Positions 51,609 to 64,000 of a DNA stretch of 64,000 nt are shown piece after piece. The translations under genes and the position numbers were made by a program. Under the pieces are notes generated by a model that did not search any database, had not been told where the DNA came from, and saw only the letters and a program-made list of their open reading frames with translations. The DNA is from Trichoplax sp. H2 (lineage: Eukaryota), in NCBI GenBank assembly GCA_003344405.1, contig NOWV01000273.1, forward strand, positions 1 to 64,000. Direction: 5' to 3'. Position 1 is the stretch's first letter. The number at the start of each line of letters is the position of its first letter.

Positions 51609-54275
51609 CATCTACTCTAAATAGACCGCAGTTATTATACAACATATAAGGTGCAAGTGATTGCGCCATCAAAACAAAAGTGGACACCGTAACGAATATA
51701 TAGTGATCAAATACAACACGCAGCTTGCGTGCTTATCGCCTAGAATCAAAATCAAGAAACATTATCTACAATTCTATTACGATACTAGAAAATTATGGCG
51801 TAATAAATAGATTGACAATCATTAAATTAAGTCTTTGCTACTCGTACTATGCTTATAAATAATAATCTCTTCGGAATAATCATAATTGAGAATTGGTAAT
51901 CCTCATCAATTTATCAACAATCCTACCGTCTAGTTACAGGCATTTAGGCCTTTTAATAATGTATAATGGAGCAGAGTAGATGTGAAATCCAGTTGTTTAA
52001 CTGCGTTGGCAGATAAAATTTCATATCACATATAACTTTATCCTAAATAAGAGATATCTCGCGATCGCCGTAATAACCATCTTGACGCACAGCCTATTGC
52101 ACCATGTTAAAGTCAAGTCATTACCCTAGAATGCTTTATGACGAAGTAATATCACTAGTACCTTCAATATTGTTACGTCAGCAGTTATCAAAGGTATTAG
52201 CATTTGTTTTACAATTCATATTGAAAAAAATAATGTGGTAACCTTTTGGGCATCGCTACGCACTTGAGAAACATATACATCGTAACGAATGTATATGTAT
52301 AACAAATAATTTTGTAGTTCGGAATTTTGGTTTCAGTATTAGTAATGGATACAATCATTAATTATCTTAAAGTTATTGTTTTATAAGAGTATTAATTAGT
52401 TTGCTTTAAGTAGTAAATATAATAGATGTGAATTCTTAGAGCAAGAGCAGGTTATCGATTTGAGATTCCGCACAACATTAGATGTAAATTCGCAAGAGTA
52501 GGGTAGAATACTGATAAGAATACGATATGCAATAGTGTTTGTATTATATTAGTATTAAAAGCATATTAACACAGAGCATATAATTATATTTACTAATATT
52601 TCGTTTGCGGATATAATCATTACATAATTGATGCAGCTTTGTAATGGTGTAAGTAAGAGATATCTGTTAAGTTTTTTAGTTTTAACAACGTTGGTAATAT
52701 GACTAGACAATAAACTCGAAATAGGGTTTAGTGTTGAAATTATCATTGTGAATTATATTAAAATGTATATTCGAATTTTGAAAGATGGATCTGTAATTCA
52801 TCGTAATATTTCCTAGACAAGTATAATATCTGCTATTCCTGCGTGTGCTACAATTACGTAGAAGAACCGATAGATATCCTAGTAAAGCGTTTAGAGATGG
52901 AATTAAGACGTGAAATATGATCATTAACCCAATGCAAATAATAGAAAGGCCGTGAATTCTCTACTGCAAGCATGTTTTAAGGAATATACTATTCGTCATA
53001 GTGAAGAGCAATTATTAATAGGATTAAGCATGACTTTCCTCTACGCTAGTAGAATATTACATGAACAGTTAATCAAGTCTTGATTTTAATGATTGTGCAC
53101 TGTATTTTTAGATAAGCCAGCTCTGATTAATGGTAATAAACACTGGCCAAATATTCAAACAAGTACGTATGATGCTAATAGGGTATCCTATGCCATTCTG
53201 AAAGATTTACGTTCAATTAAACTGCTTCAAATCAATCATTCTAATGTGTAACTAATAGTATTAGGGGCAAAATCAACCTTTAAAAGCAGACAATAAACAA
53301 TATCATGCTATTCGATTTTTAAGGCTAAAATCAACAAATTTATTTCTGATTCAAACCAACAGCAAATTTCTTGAATTTATCATGTAAACTAGATTTTAAA
53401 TGTTGACTCAGTGAAGCATAACAGCCTTAATACCACTGTTACACCAACCATAATTCTTTAATCAGTCAACAAAACTTACTCTTTAGTAAGCAGCATTTAC
53501 TAGTGGAAAGAGTTGGCACAATTTGTGTTAACTTTCAACTTACTACAATAGCAATTAGTAGTTTTTAGTTTTTAAGATTTACATTCATTACGTCTGTATG
53601 AAAATAGTAACTTTTTATGTTGCCCTTTCCAATATCAATACTTGCATCTTACATATTTATCAACTAATTTCTAACATCGATTCTGAAATAACCGCAGTCC
53701 TTATGCAAGATAAAACATGCAAATAACTAGCTAGTAACGAGTCTTTAGTGATCAAATACAGCAAGCCACTCTTGAACGGGAATTAAAATCAGCAAACACT
53801 CTCTACAATTCTAATACGATGCTGGAAACTTAAGCTGTAATAAATTAATCGATCAACAGTTATTCAATTATTCATACTAGGAAATACATGCGGATGCATG
53901 CTATCAATAATCAGTTCGGATTAATCATGATCCGAGATTTGCTAATCCTAAATTGTTACTCCAAATTAGCTATATATGCAGGTACAAACGTATCAATAAT
54001 TGCATAGAGTCAGTTCCGAACAATCATGATCGGAAGTTATTGGCTCTTAACAATTTTATCAACAATCTTACTATCTAGTTGCAAATATTGAAGGATTCTA
54101 TGAACGTATGATTACTTAAAGAGAGTAGATGTGAATTCGAAGAGTTTATCTGCGTTCGCAGATAAAATTGCAAAATCAAATGCGATTTTATCAACAACTA
54201 CAGACAAATTTTGTGATGCTATAATAACCCATAATCCTAACTTAGAGCCTATTGCGGCATGTTCAAGTTTGAAAA
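51609..54275. repeat. Diverged ~500-600-bp direct duplication (about 51609-52120 vs 53675-54275)
   Basis: Collinear blocks: GTGATCAAATACA, TCTACAATTCTA.TACGAT, TTTATCAACAATC.TAC..TCTAGTT, AGAGTAGATGTGAA, CTGCGTT.GCAGATAAAATT, AGCCTATTGC..CATGTT. Confidence 0.8.
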
Positions 54276-54441
54276 GTACTTGTGACGATGGTAAAAGCTA
54301 TAAAACATATCCAATTTTAATGAAAACCAAATGTCGAGAGATAAACATACATATTCTAATCCGCAATACATGATCTAGTTAGAGACTCCACTACTGTTCA
54401 AATTGTAACACGTTCAGTTCAATCGAATTTAACACCAATCA

Positions 54442-55227
54442 CTAACATGGCGGTTCTCTACTATGATTGTCGATTGTACTACAAAGGGTACTCATCGCTT
54501 GCATCTGTTTCTCCATGGACGTTAACATTAAGCGTTGTTGATTTTCGCAGCGTTTCTCCTGAGTTTCGATCAAACTCTGCTGATTTTCGAGGACAGTGAG
54601 CAGCCGGTCATTGTAAATTTTCTGCGAATCGATGATAGAACTGATAACTTTCCTTTCCACGATGATCCATTGACATTGGTCTTGCAGTTCGGTTTGAAAA
54701 CGCGAATGCATATGATCATTCCTCTTACGCAAATCTTGAAAAGTTATTAGGGAAGAGGTCGTAATTCTCGTTGTTGGCGCTTTAGGCCTATTTTGATTGT
54801 CAGCTCCTACATCTGCTGAACTACTTTGCCTTTCTGAGGCACCTCCTAGTGTAGATCTGTTGGTGCTTTCGCTAGATTGTGAGGTCGATGGTAAGACTTG
54901 ACTTTGTTCATGTTGGCCGCTGTTTCTTTCGAATCCCTTTAATATCTCGGTTATCAATGCATCGCATTCTGATTGATCAAGGTTCAGACGAGATCGATGA
55001 ACTAATTTTCGATCTTTCTTAGACTTAAATTTCCTCTCCAAGAACCTAAACCTATCCCTAACCTCTCTAGCATCAACACTAAAATTTGGACAGTCACAAG
55101 AATTCAAGATGGAAGCAATGGTTTTCCATGCATTTCCTCTGTCTAACGAATCATCACGATATTTCCATGGTTCTGTGAAGTATATCTGTTGTAAAAGAGC
55201 AAGGTCGTGCTTTTGACTCCAAATCAT
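54442..55227 (-). CDS. Myb/SANT-like DNA-binding protein with C-terminal coiled coil, 261 aa (paralog B)
   Basis: Likely start is GCCATG at 55227 (MIWSQKHDLALLQQIYFTEPWKY...DRGNAWKTIASILNS...FSVDAREVRDRFRFLERKF), which aligns with the N-terminus of paralog A. Shared YN(D/E)RLLTVLENQQ and KQM.A.S.LC..I.N. A TTAG acceptor lies 7 nt before the ATG. Confidence 0.85.
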   Translation of the reverse strand: MIWSQKHDLALLQQIYFTEPWKYRDDSLDRGNAWKTIASILNSCDCPNFSVDAREVRDRFRFLERKFKSKKDRKLVHRSRLNLDQSECDALITEILKGFERNSGQHEQSQVLPSTSQSSESTNRSTLGGASERQSSSADVGADNQNRPKAPTTRITTSSLITFQDLRKRNDHMHSRFQTELQDQCQWIIVERKVISSIIDSQKIYNDRLLTVLENQQSLIETQEKRCENQQRLMLTSMEKQMQAMSTLCSTIDNHSREPPC

Positions 55228-57378
55228 GGCTTCCCTAACGTAATAGTAAAGGAATTCGTTGGAAATAGTAAGTAAAAGGCTTCCATTACTACAAAGATTG
55301 ACTATATTAGTAGAAATGTGAGGTAATGCCGAAAAACTAAATGGTGTTAATGTGAAACCATGGTGTAACGCTACTACAACTGATGACATGGATTAGCTGT
55401 GGTTGTATAACGTCAGTGGAAAAAGTGCTTCTGCAAGTTAAAATAGTCTTCGATTACCTATTAAAATTGGATACGTTAGGCTAAAGCAGCTACTGTACAG
55501 TAAGCGATCAATCATCTCTTCTTCGATGAACTAGAACTTCTATACTGTATCAGTCAAGGTAACCATGAGGAAATATCGAAAAACTAAATGCTCAATGTTA
55601 ATAATTCATTCAAGTGACCGGAGCATCGCTAGGATTAAAGTTTCGTCCATCCTAATAGAAAAGATGAAAAATATCAGAAAGTTAAAAAATCGCTGTACAA
55701 ATATGTAGCGCTACTATGACTAATGTGGAAGTTTAGTGTAATAATGACGTTGATATATCGATTGTCAGCACTACTAAAACTGGGAATGCTTATGATACAG
55801 ACTGCTAGATCACGAACTCCGATTGCTTTAGCTACGAGCATACAGTAAAATAGAACTGCGAAAACTATCCATAAGAGAATTCTTTCACTATGCGCTCTCT
55901 GCATAGTCTACCGATTGGAAACTTTCCATGTTAAGCTTTTAAATGTGAACGGATAGAATATTTTGATCGGAAATGCAAAGTCATCTCAATATCCAACACA
56001 AGTTTTTTTACCGTCGGCGAGTATTGGAAGGAGAGCATGAGGAATTTTTTACTTCTTGATCCCATTCCATCTTGGTTAAATAATCTATTCGTATACAGAG
56101 CTAAACACGACTACATTGATAGAATCTACTGTAAATTAGACCGTCGAATCGAGCTAAGCTATTAATTCAATGTTGTGATTGTTACTGGTAACTAACTAGC
56201 AGGAATCCAGGAAAGCGGAGTTAGAGTTTAAACTAAAACGATACAGGCCAACCATTTTACTGATCAGTTACCACTCAGCTATCAGAAGATTATCTGTATG
56301 CTTGCCTTAATAGTCGCCTTTTACTTGAAGAATTAATTATTATCCATACTATTTCTCTAGTGTATCGAAATTCAGCGATTATTACCATGCTGCGAAAATA
56401 CTAATTTGATCGTTTTAGTAAGGAATCATCGTTACCTGCATGGACTCTTAATTAAGAATAGATTCTCACTGGACATTTTAGTTTTAGTTTGTGCGATTAA
56501 AGTCAAGAGATTGGTTATATTGCAATTTTGAATAGCAGCGCATATGTAGATCGATATTTATCTACTTTGCTATTAAAGTGTACGCATAAATTTATAGATC
56601 TTGCCGGTAATCTGATTTGCAAAGGTAGGCGACTGTCAGCATATGTATTTAAGTCATACTGTAGGCAAATAGTGAGTTATAGGACGATAGCAAGCCTCCA
56701 TTTGTAACACTGAATGGTAATGGAGAAATCCGAAAATGAACCAATTAGAAAATATTAATCTTTTTATTACGACAATGATAAACTTTGAATCACAGCACAT
56801 ATCGATAGTATATCCGATTGCTATTTTATCAGATATTGCCTGTAAGTTAGGAAGCGATTATTTTCGTAATTAGGATAATAAAAAAATTATCGTAATTCAT
56901 ACTTCATTCCTTTCAAGTTTTAATACTACTGTATCAAATATCAGATAATGTAAGGGGTTAATTTATTACTATTGTAGGAATACGATAACTGATGATCAAT
57001 AGAAGTAGAAATTATGATAGTATAGCTTTCTGTTGCATTACTTGATTGGTTAATGCTTCAAGACCGAATGAAATAACTATAATGGTGTCGTTATTTATTT
57101 AACTAGAATACAAAAATAGCAGGTAATACTTCATTCCTCTCTTCTGTCGGAAAGCTAAAAGTGTTTAATGTCGGGTAACGCTTGAGTTAAAATTAATCTT
57201 ACTGAATTGGTGTGATAACGTAAAAATAGTAATAAAAGTAATGATCGCATATAGATTTCTTTGCATTGCTTCATTAATTACTATCTGAAGGCCTAATTCA
57301 ATACCTATAATATTATCCTTGGTTAGAAAGTACCTTTGAGCACGATGATAGACCATAATTGCAGTGTAGAGAGTAGAT

Positions 57379-57565
57379 TGTCGATTCTTGACCATCTCTG
57401 TAAAATAAATTCCTCCTGTATCGGTATGTAAGCAAGAAAGGTTTCTGAAGGGAGAAAAGAACGATGGGGTCGTCGATTTATGACTATTTCTGTAAAAATA
57501 AATTCCTACTGGACTTATATGTGAACATAAAAAGCTTTCTAAAGGAGGAAAGAATAACGTTGATG
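57379..57565. repeat. ~93-bp tandem duplication
   Basis: GTCGATT.TTGAC.AT.TCTGTAAAATAAATTCCT.CTG...TATGT...AAAG.TTTCT.AAGG occurs twice. Confidence 0.7.
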
Positions 57566-59282
57566 AAAAAAGTTGCATATTAGTAATAATACTATCTTAT
57601 TCTCCTGCGGTAATAAAAGTCTAAAGAAATATATCCTCAGCATATTTCATACATAAGTTAAAATCATTTTGATTTAACATTAGCATAAATACATTGATAT
57701 TATAGGTGCTACTTCATTTTTAGGATGACAGCAGTTAAAAGAAGTACATCTTCTGTAAATTCCATAAATAACCATAAATCATTACTATTCATAAAGTAGG
57801 TTATATTTCAAATATTAATTGGAATAGGTTGATATTGTAAGAGACTATGATTTTACAGGATCGTATGAGAGCTGTTCTTCGTCGACATTTTTACTTTTAC
57901 CGTTATGATGACGAAGTTCTACTACTAGATCTTATCCTAAAACAACTAATTCTGTAGACTTTGTAGGACTCAGGAAAGTATATTACACCAGCAATGTAAC
58001 GAATTCCAATCGAGTTCGATTTCACTCACTTTCTTTAAATGCCCTAGCTTTCCCTAACGAACAACTGCTAAGCACTACAAGCTCTTTGAATTATTGTTTT
58101 TACTTTTTTCAACCCTTGGACCATAATATCCATTGATATCACTCAATTATATTGAAACCAGCATTTTTCCACCCAGTAGACGATAATTTTGAATCGAAGA
58201 ACTGCTCTAATAAAATACCGTACTCTCCTTCTATAATTTTATATTAGGATAGTTTTGATTGATCTTTTATAGGCACCTGAAGTTCAGTAAAAACTTTGAT
58301 GGCGATATACAGTCTCTCAGACTTGAACTAGGACTGGATCGGACTGGACTGTGCCGAGGGCTACTCAGAAGTGAAAATATAATATAATATATATATATCG
58401 TATTTAAGCAAGGAGGGTGAAAAGATTCCATATAAAGAAAAAAAATTTCTCTTAGTCACTATCACATTTACAGGTATTTCATAGCTGATTATGGCAATGT
58501 CAGCAAATTAAAACATGCTGAAGAAGTACAGTACTAACGTTGGTAAATTCTTTGAATGATTGTCTTGGTTTGTCGTTTCTAATTCAGGATTCCTTTTGGC
58601 TATTTCTCTAATGTAGCTATAACAGTAACTGTTGCTCTATTACAAAAAGTCTAACTTCAATCCGTTAATAATGATTACTAGCATTCGTATAGGCAGCTAG
58701 CTAATTAAGATCATATTTCCACTAAGATACCTACTATAGATAATATCGATTAATTAAACGAGTAAGCTCTTCGGCCATAATTTGCTCGGCTTTATTCATT
58801 TTTTAGTGCAAATGTCCAATTTGGACCATACCAGTTACGGTTTGATTTCGATAATAATTTCATATCTTTTTATAGGAGTAATCAGTAGCTATCATATAGT
58901 CATTTAATTAGCAAATTCATTTAATTTAACCCAAGTAATTAGTTCATTTTATTTTATTGGATCGTTGGCTTAGAATTTGATTTGCACCCACCACTTTCAG
59001 TCCTGACGGCAAGGCAAGCAAGAATGAAGGTGGATAGATCTTGCATTGAAAGCTACTTTGCTGTGTCGAACTTTGTCTAGCGTGATTGACCTTGTGTTGC
59101 GATAGAATACAGAACGCAGATTCGATCATCACTGGATTAAATTTGTGTTCAATGAGCACAATATGTTATGTACGGACAGTCGATCTCTTTCTCAGCTGTT
59201 CGTAGCTTAGTAGAACCATGGGCATTTCGACATGGACGACTAGATTCACCTAGATACAAGCATAGACTACATCACTTAGCTA

Positions 59283-59870
59283 CACGGGGCTCCTACAGTA
59301 ATAAATCAGCGATGACTGCATCAAAAATGACAAGAGAAGGGCGTAAAGCGATCTTTGACCGTACCAATAATGTGGAGGCCGATTATCATTTTATTAGCCA
59401 TTTCTTGCCAAGGGCTGCAGCACTTGCAGGGCTCCTACAGTAATAAAACCAGGAACGACTGCATAAAAAATGACAAGAGAAGGACGTAAAGCGATCGTTG
59501 ACCATACTACAATAATCATGTGGAGGCCGATTATCATTTGATCATTTTATTAGCCCTTTCTTGCCAAGGACTACAGCACTTGCGGGGCTCCTACAGTAAT
59601 AAAACTAGGAACGACTGCATCAAAAATGACAAGAGAAGGACATAAAAGCGATCGTTGACCATACTACAGTAATCATGTGCAGGGCGATTATCATTTTATT
59701 AGCCATTTCTTGCCATGGACTACAGCACTTGCTAAACGGAAGTGGGGACTCGTACATTAATGAAACCAGGGACGACTGCATAAAAAAATGATAAGAGAAG
59801 GACGTAAAGTGATGGTTGACTACCATACTAATAATATGGAGGCCGATTATCGTTTTATTGGCCATTTCTT
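59283..59870. repeat. ~150-bp tandem repeat, 4 copies
   Basis: GGGCTCCTACAGTAATAAA...GACTGCAT.AAAAATGACAAGAGAAGG.CGTAAAGCGATC.TTGACC...GGCCGATTATCATTTTATTAGCCATTTCTTGCCA recurs near 59285, 59427, 59583 and 59743. Confidence 0.92.
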
Positions 59871-60645
59871 TCTTTCCTTGATGAAGTAGTCCCTGGTAAA
59901 ACGATCACAGTTTTACAAGGGGGGGGGGGAAGGTAGTAGCCTCTTGGTGTACATTATTCTCTATGTTATTATGCTATGTACATTCCTAATTCTGAAATCT
60001 GATTCATGTCGTTCTCATAACCTGCTCGGGTTCTACTATTACGAAAAGTGTCTAGCTCTGCGCGATAAAATGGTTCACAAGTTGGCATCCACTAGCCATC
60101 CTTCATCATTTCATTACACCTTGAAAGAAAGGTACATGATCTCGTCTGGATATGACGAAAGGCTGCGTAGATATATTGTCCAGGTGATGATTGTACTTTC
60201 TCGATACCTACTTCTCAATCATTTTATCCTCGCAGCAGCTAGACACTTTTCCCATCAACACCCACAGCGCAGCATGGTATTGGTTAAGACAGCGAAGATT
60301 CCGATAAGATTGGATTCTTTGATTTGCTTTTAACATCGCAATAATCCGACTCTTAAGCTTTTTAGCCTACCAAGAGATGATTTAATCTGACGAATAGTCA
60401 CATCGTCGTCGTCAGCATTCTGTTCCTTGCTATCATAGTTTTGTAGTTGCCGTTTGCTGGTCATCACTACCATTCCTTGCTGCCAGCACTCTTCTACTTG
60501 CTCTCGCCATTTTATGACGTGCCGCCAGTTCCTTCATTTTGGACGCAATTTGGTGGCCGTTGTATCATAGAGTATAGAGTGCACTGGAAGAGAGATTGCA
60601 CTGTCATCAGATCAATTATATAGTACTAGCAGTTTCCTAGTCAAG

Positions 60646-63032
60646 ATGCTGCCATCCAACCGTCGTCAAGCAACAAGGATGCAGGGGAAAAAGCAGAAAT
60701 GCTGCTATCTTGAACAACACCAGCTACTTTATGGATTTCAAGGACAGGAAAGAAATGATCAAAGTGGAGAGATCGAGAGAGCGGTGTGCCTGTTTTGCCT
60801 TCATTTTGGAAGAGAAAATGGGTCGAAAAAATTGCCAGCGTGTAAGAGGAAAAATGAAAACCCTTTCACAACCACAGCATTTGATAGTCATCATTACTTG
60901 CAGCATCTAACGAGTGATCACCCCATACGTTGGTCACAATTTGAAAAAGCCAGCGATAAAGAAAAATATACTTTCTTCGGTCAAGCTCAACCAGCGGAAA
61001 ATTCGCAAAGGATAAAACGACTGGATGGGCGGTAAGAACAATTTTGACAATTAATCTACTGTCGTTGATAGAGCTAGAAAGCGTGTAAGAGTGATTGGAT
61101 CATGTTGTTGAATGTCTTAGAACACAAGTGCCGTTGAGAATTACCTTTAGTAAAGCAGTCATTCAAGACATTATGATTGATTTAATTTTAAATGATACCA
61201 TCCATGGAGAGCATTTAGACAGCAAAGTGGAACCTTTTAAAATCTATGCTGCAGATGGAAAAAAACAGGATTGTAAATATGGTGCGGTCATCAGGAATCC
61301 ATTTCAATTAACATTTTTCCCGAGCTATTTGAAAAGTCTACTGTCCTTCAATCAGATAGCAGATGTAAGACTAGACATCGTCTACCATAGCCAGCTAGAC
61401 TAACATTCTACTCGATTGATTGGCAACAACTGCCTGATTGATTCATGTTCTATTCTCTAGGTATTGACGGCAACAACTCAAATTACCGGCTATCAATCCA
61501 TCGGCCATTGCAGCAAGGAAAAAGTCCCCATACTTGCTCGTGTGATTTGTGCACATAGTCTACAAATGCTTTCGTCCATCATTTCCAAGTCATGGGCATT
61601 TACAATTTGTCTCGATGTATCTAATATAATTTATCGTGCTACCAAAGCTTCTTACTTGGAGATTTTATTGCGTTGTTACGTTGAAGGTTCTATACGCTCT
61701 TTTCACATCATGTTTATAGCTAAAGATGGAAATAAAGGCACTGGACTCATTTATGAAATGATTCTTAAATTATTCAACGCCTTATGCCCACACTGGCGGT
61801 ATACCCTAATGAATGTCGTCCATGAAAGCAGAAAAAAGTCAGCCAATAACCTAAGTCGTCTTATGGAACGTATTTTGCTGGAAAGCAAAAGAAAACCTTT
61901 CAAAGTTTGGCGTTGCCCCCATCTCTTTAATCAATTCATAGCGGAATACCTTCGTAATGGTGTTAGCCAAAGTTTCTATAACGATTTTAAAGCACTTCTT
62001 CGTTATTTACAGGACAATAACCAACTACCAGCCATAGATGAAATAGAAAGCAATCCTTCTGAATTATCCGATAAAACTTGGAAAAACTTCAAGCAATCCA
62101 TGATCGTCTTCAGTCAACACCAGTCCTCCATTTTGCAATACCTACAAGAAAAAAAGCCATCTTGTGCTCCTACCAGTAATTGGTGGATTTTATACTTTGT
62201 CCTTCATCATGTAATCACCTTAGCTGGTCAAACTTATGATAATCTGGCAGGAATCAGTGTTACTACTGCACAACAAGAAGACTATCTTGAGCAATTACTG
62301 GCTTCATATCGAAAAGATTTTCAAGTTCTTGGGCCATTAACCGAAGCTGATCGCCAACAACTTGATCTTTCCAAGTATGCTTTCTCTACCGATAGTCAGT
62401 ATGCTACGAGTTTAGAACATGCCTTTGAATTCGTTAAAGAAGTAAACGTTATAACTATTGATCATTTACAACATATTCCAGTCAATGAAAGAAAAGATTT
62501 AATTATGAGTATAGCCGTTATTGGAACTGCTGCTGTACAATGTATTTCCGATCTTATTTCTAGTCCTAATGAGAAAAAAAATATCGATTTTGATGCGCGC
62601 CTTCTTTTACTGCCCCATCAACTGGTTAAACTTACGGCTAACGAATTTAGCGTTATTATTCGATCTCAGTATGATAGCTTACGATATGGCTTTACTGATC
62701 ATGAAATTAATGAAATTGAGCAAGACCATCAGCAACTTTTATTAGCCAACAAGTTAGAACCAACATTGAAAATGGCGCTTGCAGAGTGTAATCATTCAAC
62801 ATCATTCAGCGATTGCTGGCGTACTGTTAACGGTAGATTTCTTTCCTTGCAGCGTTTTGCTGGTGAGATGGCTACTGCTTACTATGTAGCAACTGCTATT
62901 GAAGAAAGTCCGTTATCTGTTGGTAGTGCTGAGAAAGTTTGCAATCATACCGATTCTCTATTTTATTGGGAAGCTGTCATGCATTCGAAGCAATATAAGT
63001 ATTTGCAGATAGTCGTTGAGGATTACTTGTAA
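60646..63032 (+). CDS. Three-exon gene (~733 aa), hAT-like transposase-derived protein with N-terminal C2H2/BED-like zinc finger
   Basis: Exons 60646-61031 (CG|GTAAG), 61121-61364 (GAT|GTAAG) and 61461-63032 join in frame. N-terminal CLFC...HLTSDH...W; RNase-H-like core SWAFTICLDVS, WRCPH; C-terminal FLSLQRFAGEMATAY..TAIEES...EAVMHSKQ. Family assignment is from motif recognition only. Confidence 0.72.
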
Positions 63033-64000
63033 ACTATCCGTTGGTTGTGCCATTAGAATTACATAACCTGATAAATTGTTTTATTTTTATGATGTCAGAT
63101 AACCATATTATTAGTTGACACACATACTAAGTACTACGTCAGTTTAAAATAGAAACGATAAAAAATGATTTGCCATCAGGAAATCGATGATAGAGATTTA
63201 GAATAGTGCGCACTGCAACTGGTAAATTATTGATGCTTCCTTAGATTGCTGTCACTTTGTAGCAGCATGATATATCCATGTGGCATTTACATTAGCTTTT
63301 ACACATCCTATTATCTCATATTGATCGTCCTGTAAATTTGAAATATGGCGCCGCATTAATGCAACCAATGGCATACCTAGCAACCATCTTCATTTACAAG
63401 CTAAAATAAAGTTGAATATAACTAAGTCTGATTTTTTTTAGGCAGGACGAACTACTGTTTAAGGCGATAATTTGCGTATGAATTCTTTACATTGTGCGCT
63501 GTATTTGAATTCATTTTATGCCATTGTGTTCAAAGTTTGCGATGTGATCCTGTATTAATGCAGCCATATCAATTTAAAGGTTAAAATAATCTTGAACGGC
63601 TAAGAGCCATACCACTAGATGGGGCGAGCAACTATATAACAGGATAATTGGGGTATGTATTGTCTTGCTGCTCTGAGACTAATTTTCTCGTATTCTATTT
63701 TTATAATCAATGTATCTCAGGTTGATGTTTAGAAGCTAATATAAAGGTGAACAGGTAACGGAACTAAGCGCCACTGCCAAGTGGAACGAGCTACAACATA
63801 ACAGGTCTATATGCGTATAAATTGTAGAATAAAACTTTGCATCCACGCTGCATTTGAATTCGTTTTTCTAATTGTATTTCTTACACTTCAACGTACCCAA
63901 AAGTTTGCCAATATGACACCATCTTATTACAACTATATCAGTATTAGTAATACAATAAAGTTGTATGAGTACGAATTCTAGAAAAATTCATTTTTCTAAT

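Noticed and set aside
55228..55389. N-terminal 54-aa extension of ORF 54442-55389
   Set aside because: Not homologous to paralog A and lies largely upstream of a splice acceptor; the ATG at 55227 is preferred.
57600..58300. Coding-like minus-strand fragments (e.g. YKIIEGEYGILLEQFFDSK)
   Set aside because: Interrupted by many stops and no identifiable family.
59168..60333. ORFs 59168-59443, 59620-59865 and 59944-60333
   Set aside because: The first two overlap the tandem repeat; none has domain features or splice support.

Overview
AT-rich eukaryotic (animal) genomic DNA with short GT-AG introns. The compact structure and gene content resemble an early-branching metazoan such as a placozoan; this is an inference and was not verified. 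Contents, left to right: (1) an intronless ankyrin-repeat ORF on the minus strand (3172 to the window edge, missed by the ORF track) ending in at least 6 near-identical 252-bp/84-aa ankyrin-plus-helix units with a clustered variable patch; (2) a ~21-kb, ~43-exon, ~3,000-aa adhesion GPCR (6509-27734, +) built as signal peptide, IgGFc-binding N-domain, 3 Ig, 15 FN3, Ig, HRM, GAIN/GPS, 7TM, including 11 consecutive FN3 exons of exactly 297 bp, all phase 1-1; (3) the 3' part of a single-pass membrane protein gene (ephrin-receptor-like Cys domain, TM helix, disordered tail with LEWD); (4) two paralogous Myb/SANT-like plus coiled-coil genes of the Harbinger-ORF1 type; (5) an intron-containing Tc1 (DD34E) transposase with one in-frame stop; (6) a 3-exon hAT-like transposase-derived gene with degenerate catalytic motifs; (7) several degenerate satellites and local duplications. 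No rRNA, tRNA or CRISPR could be supported. Exon boundaries were read by hand and need transcript confirmation.
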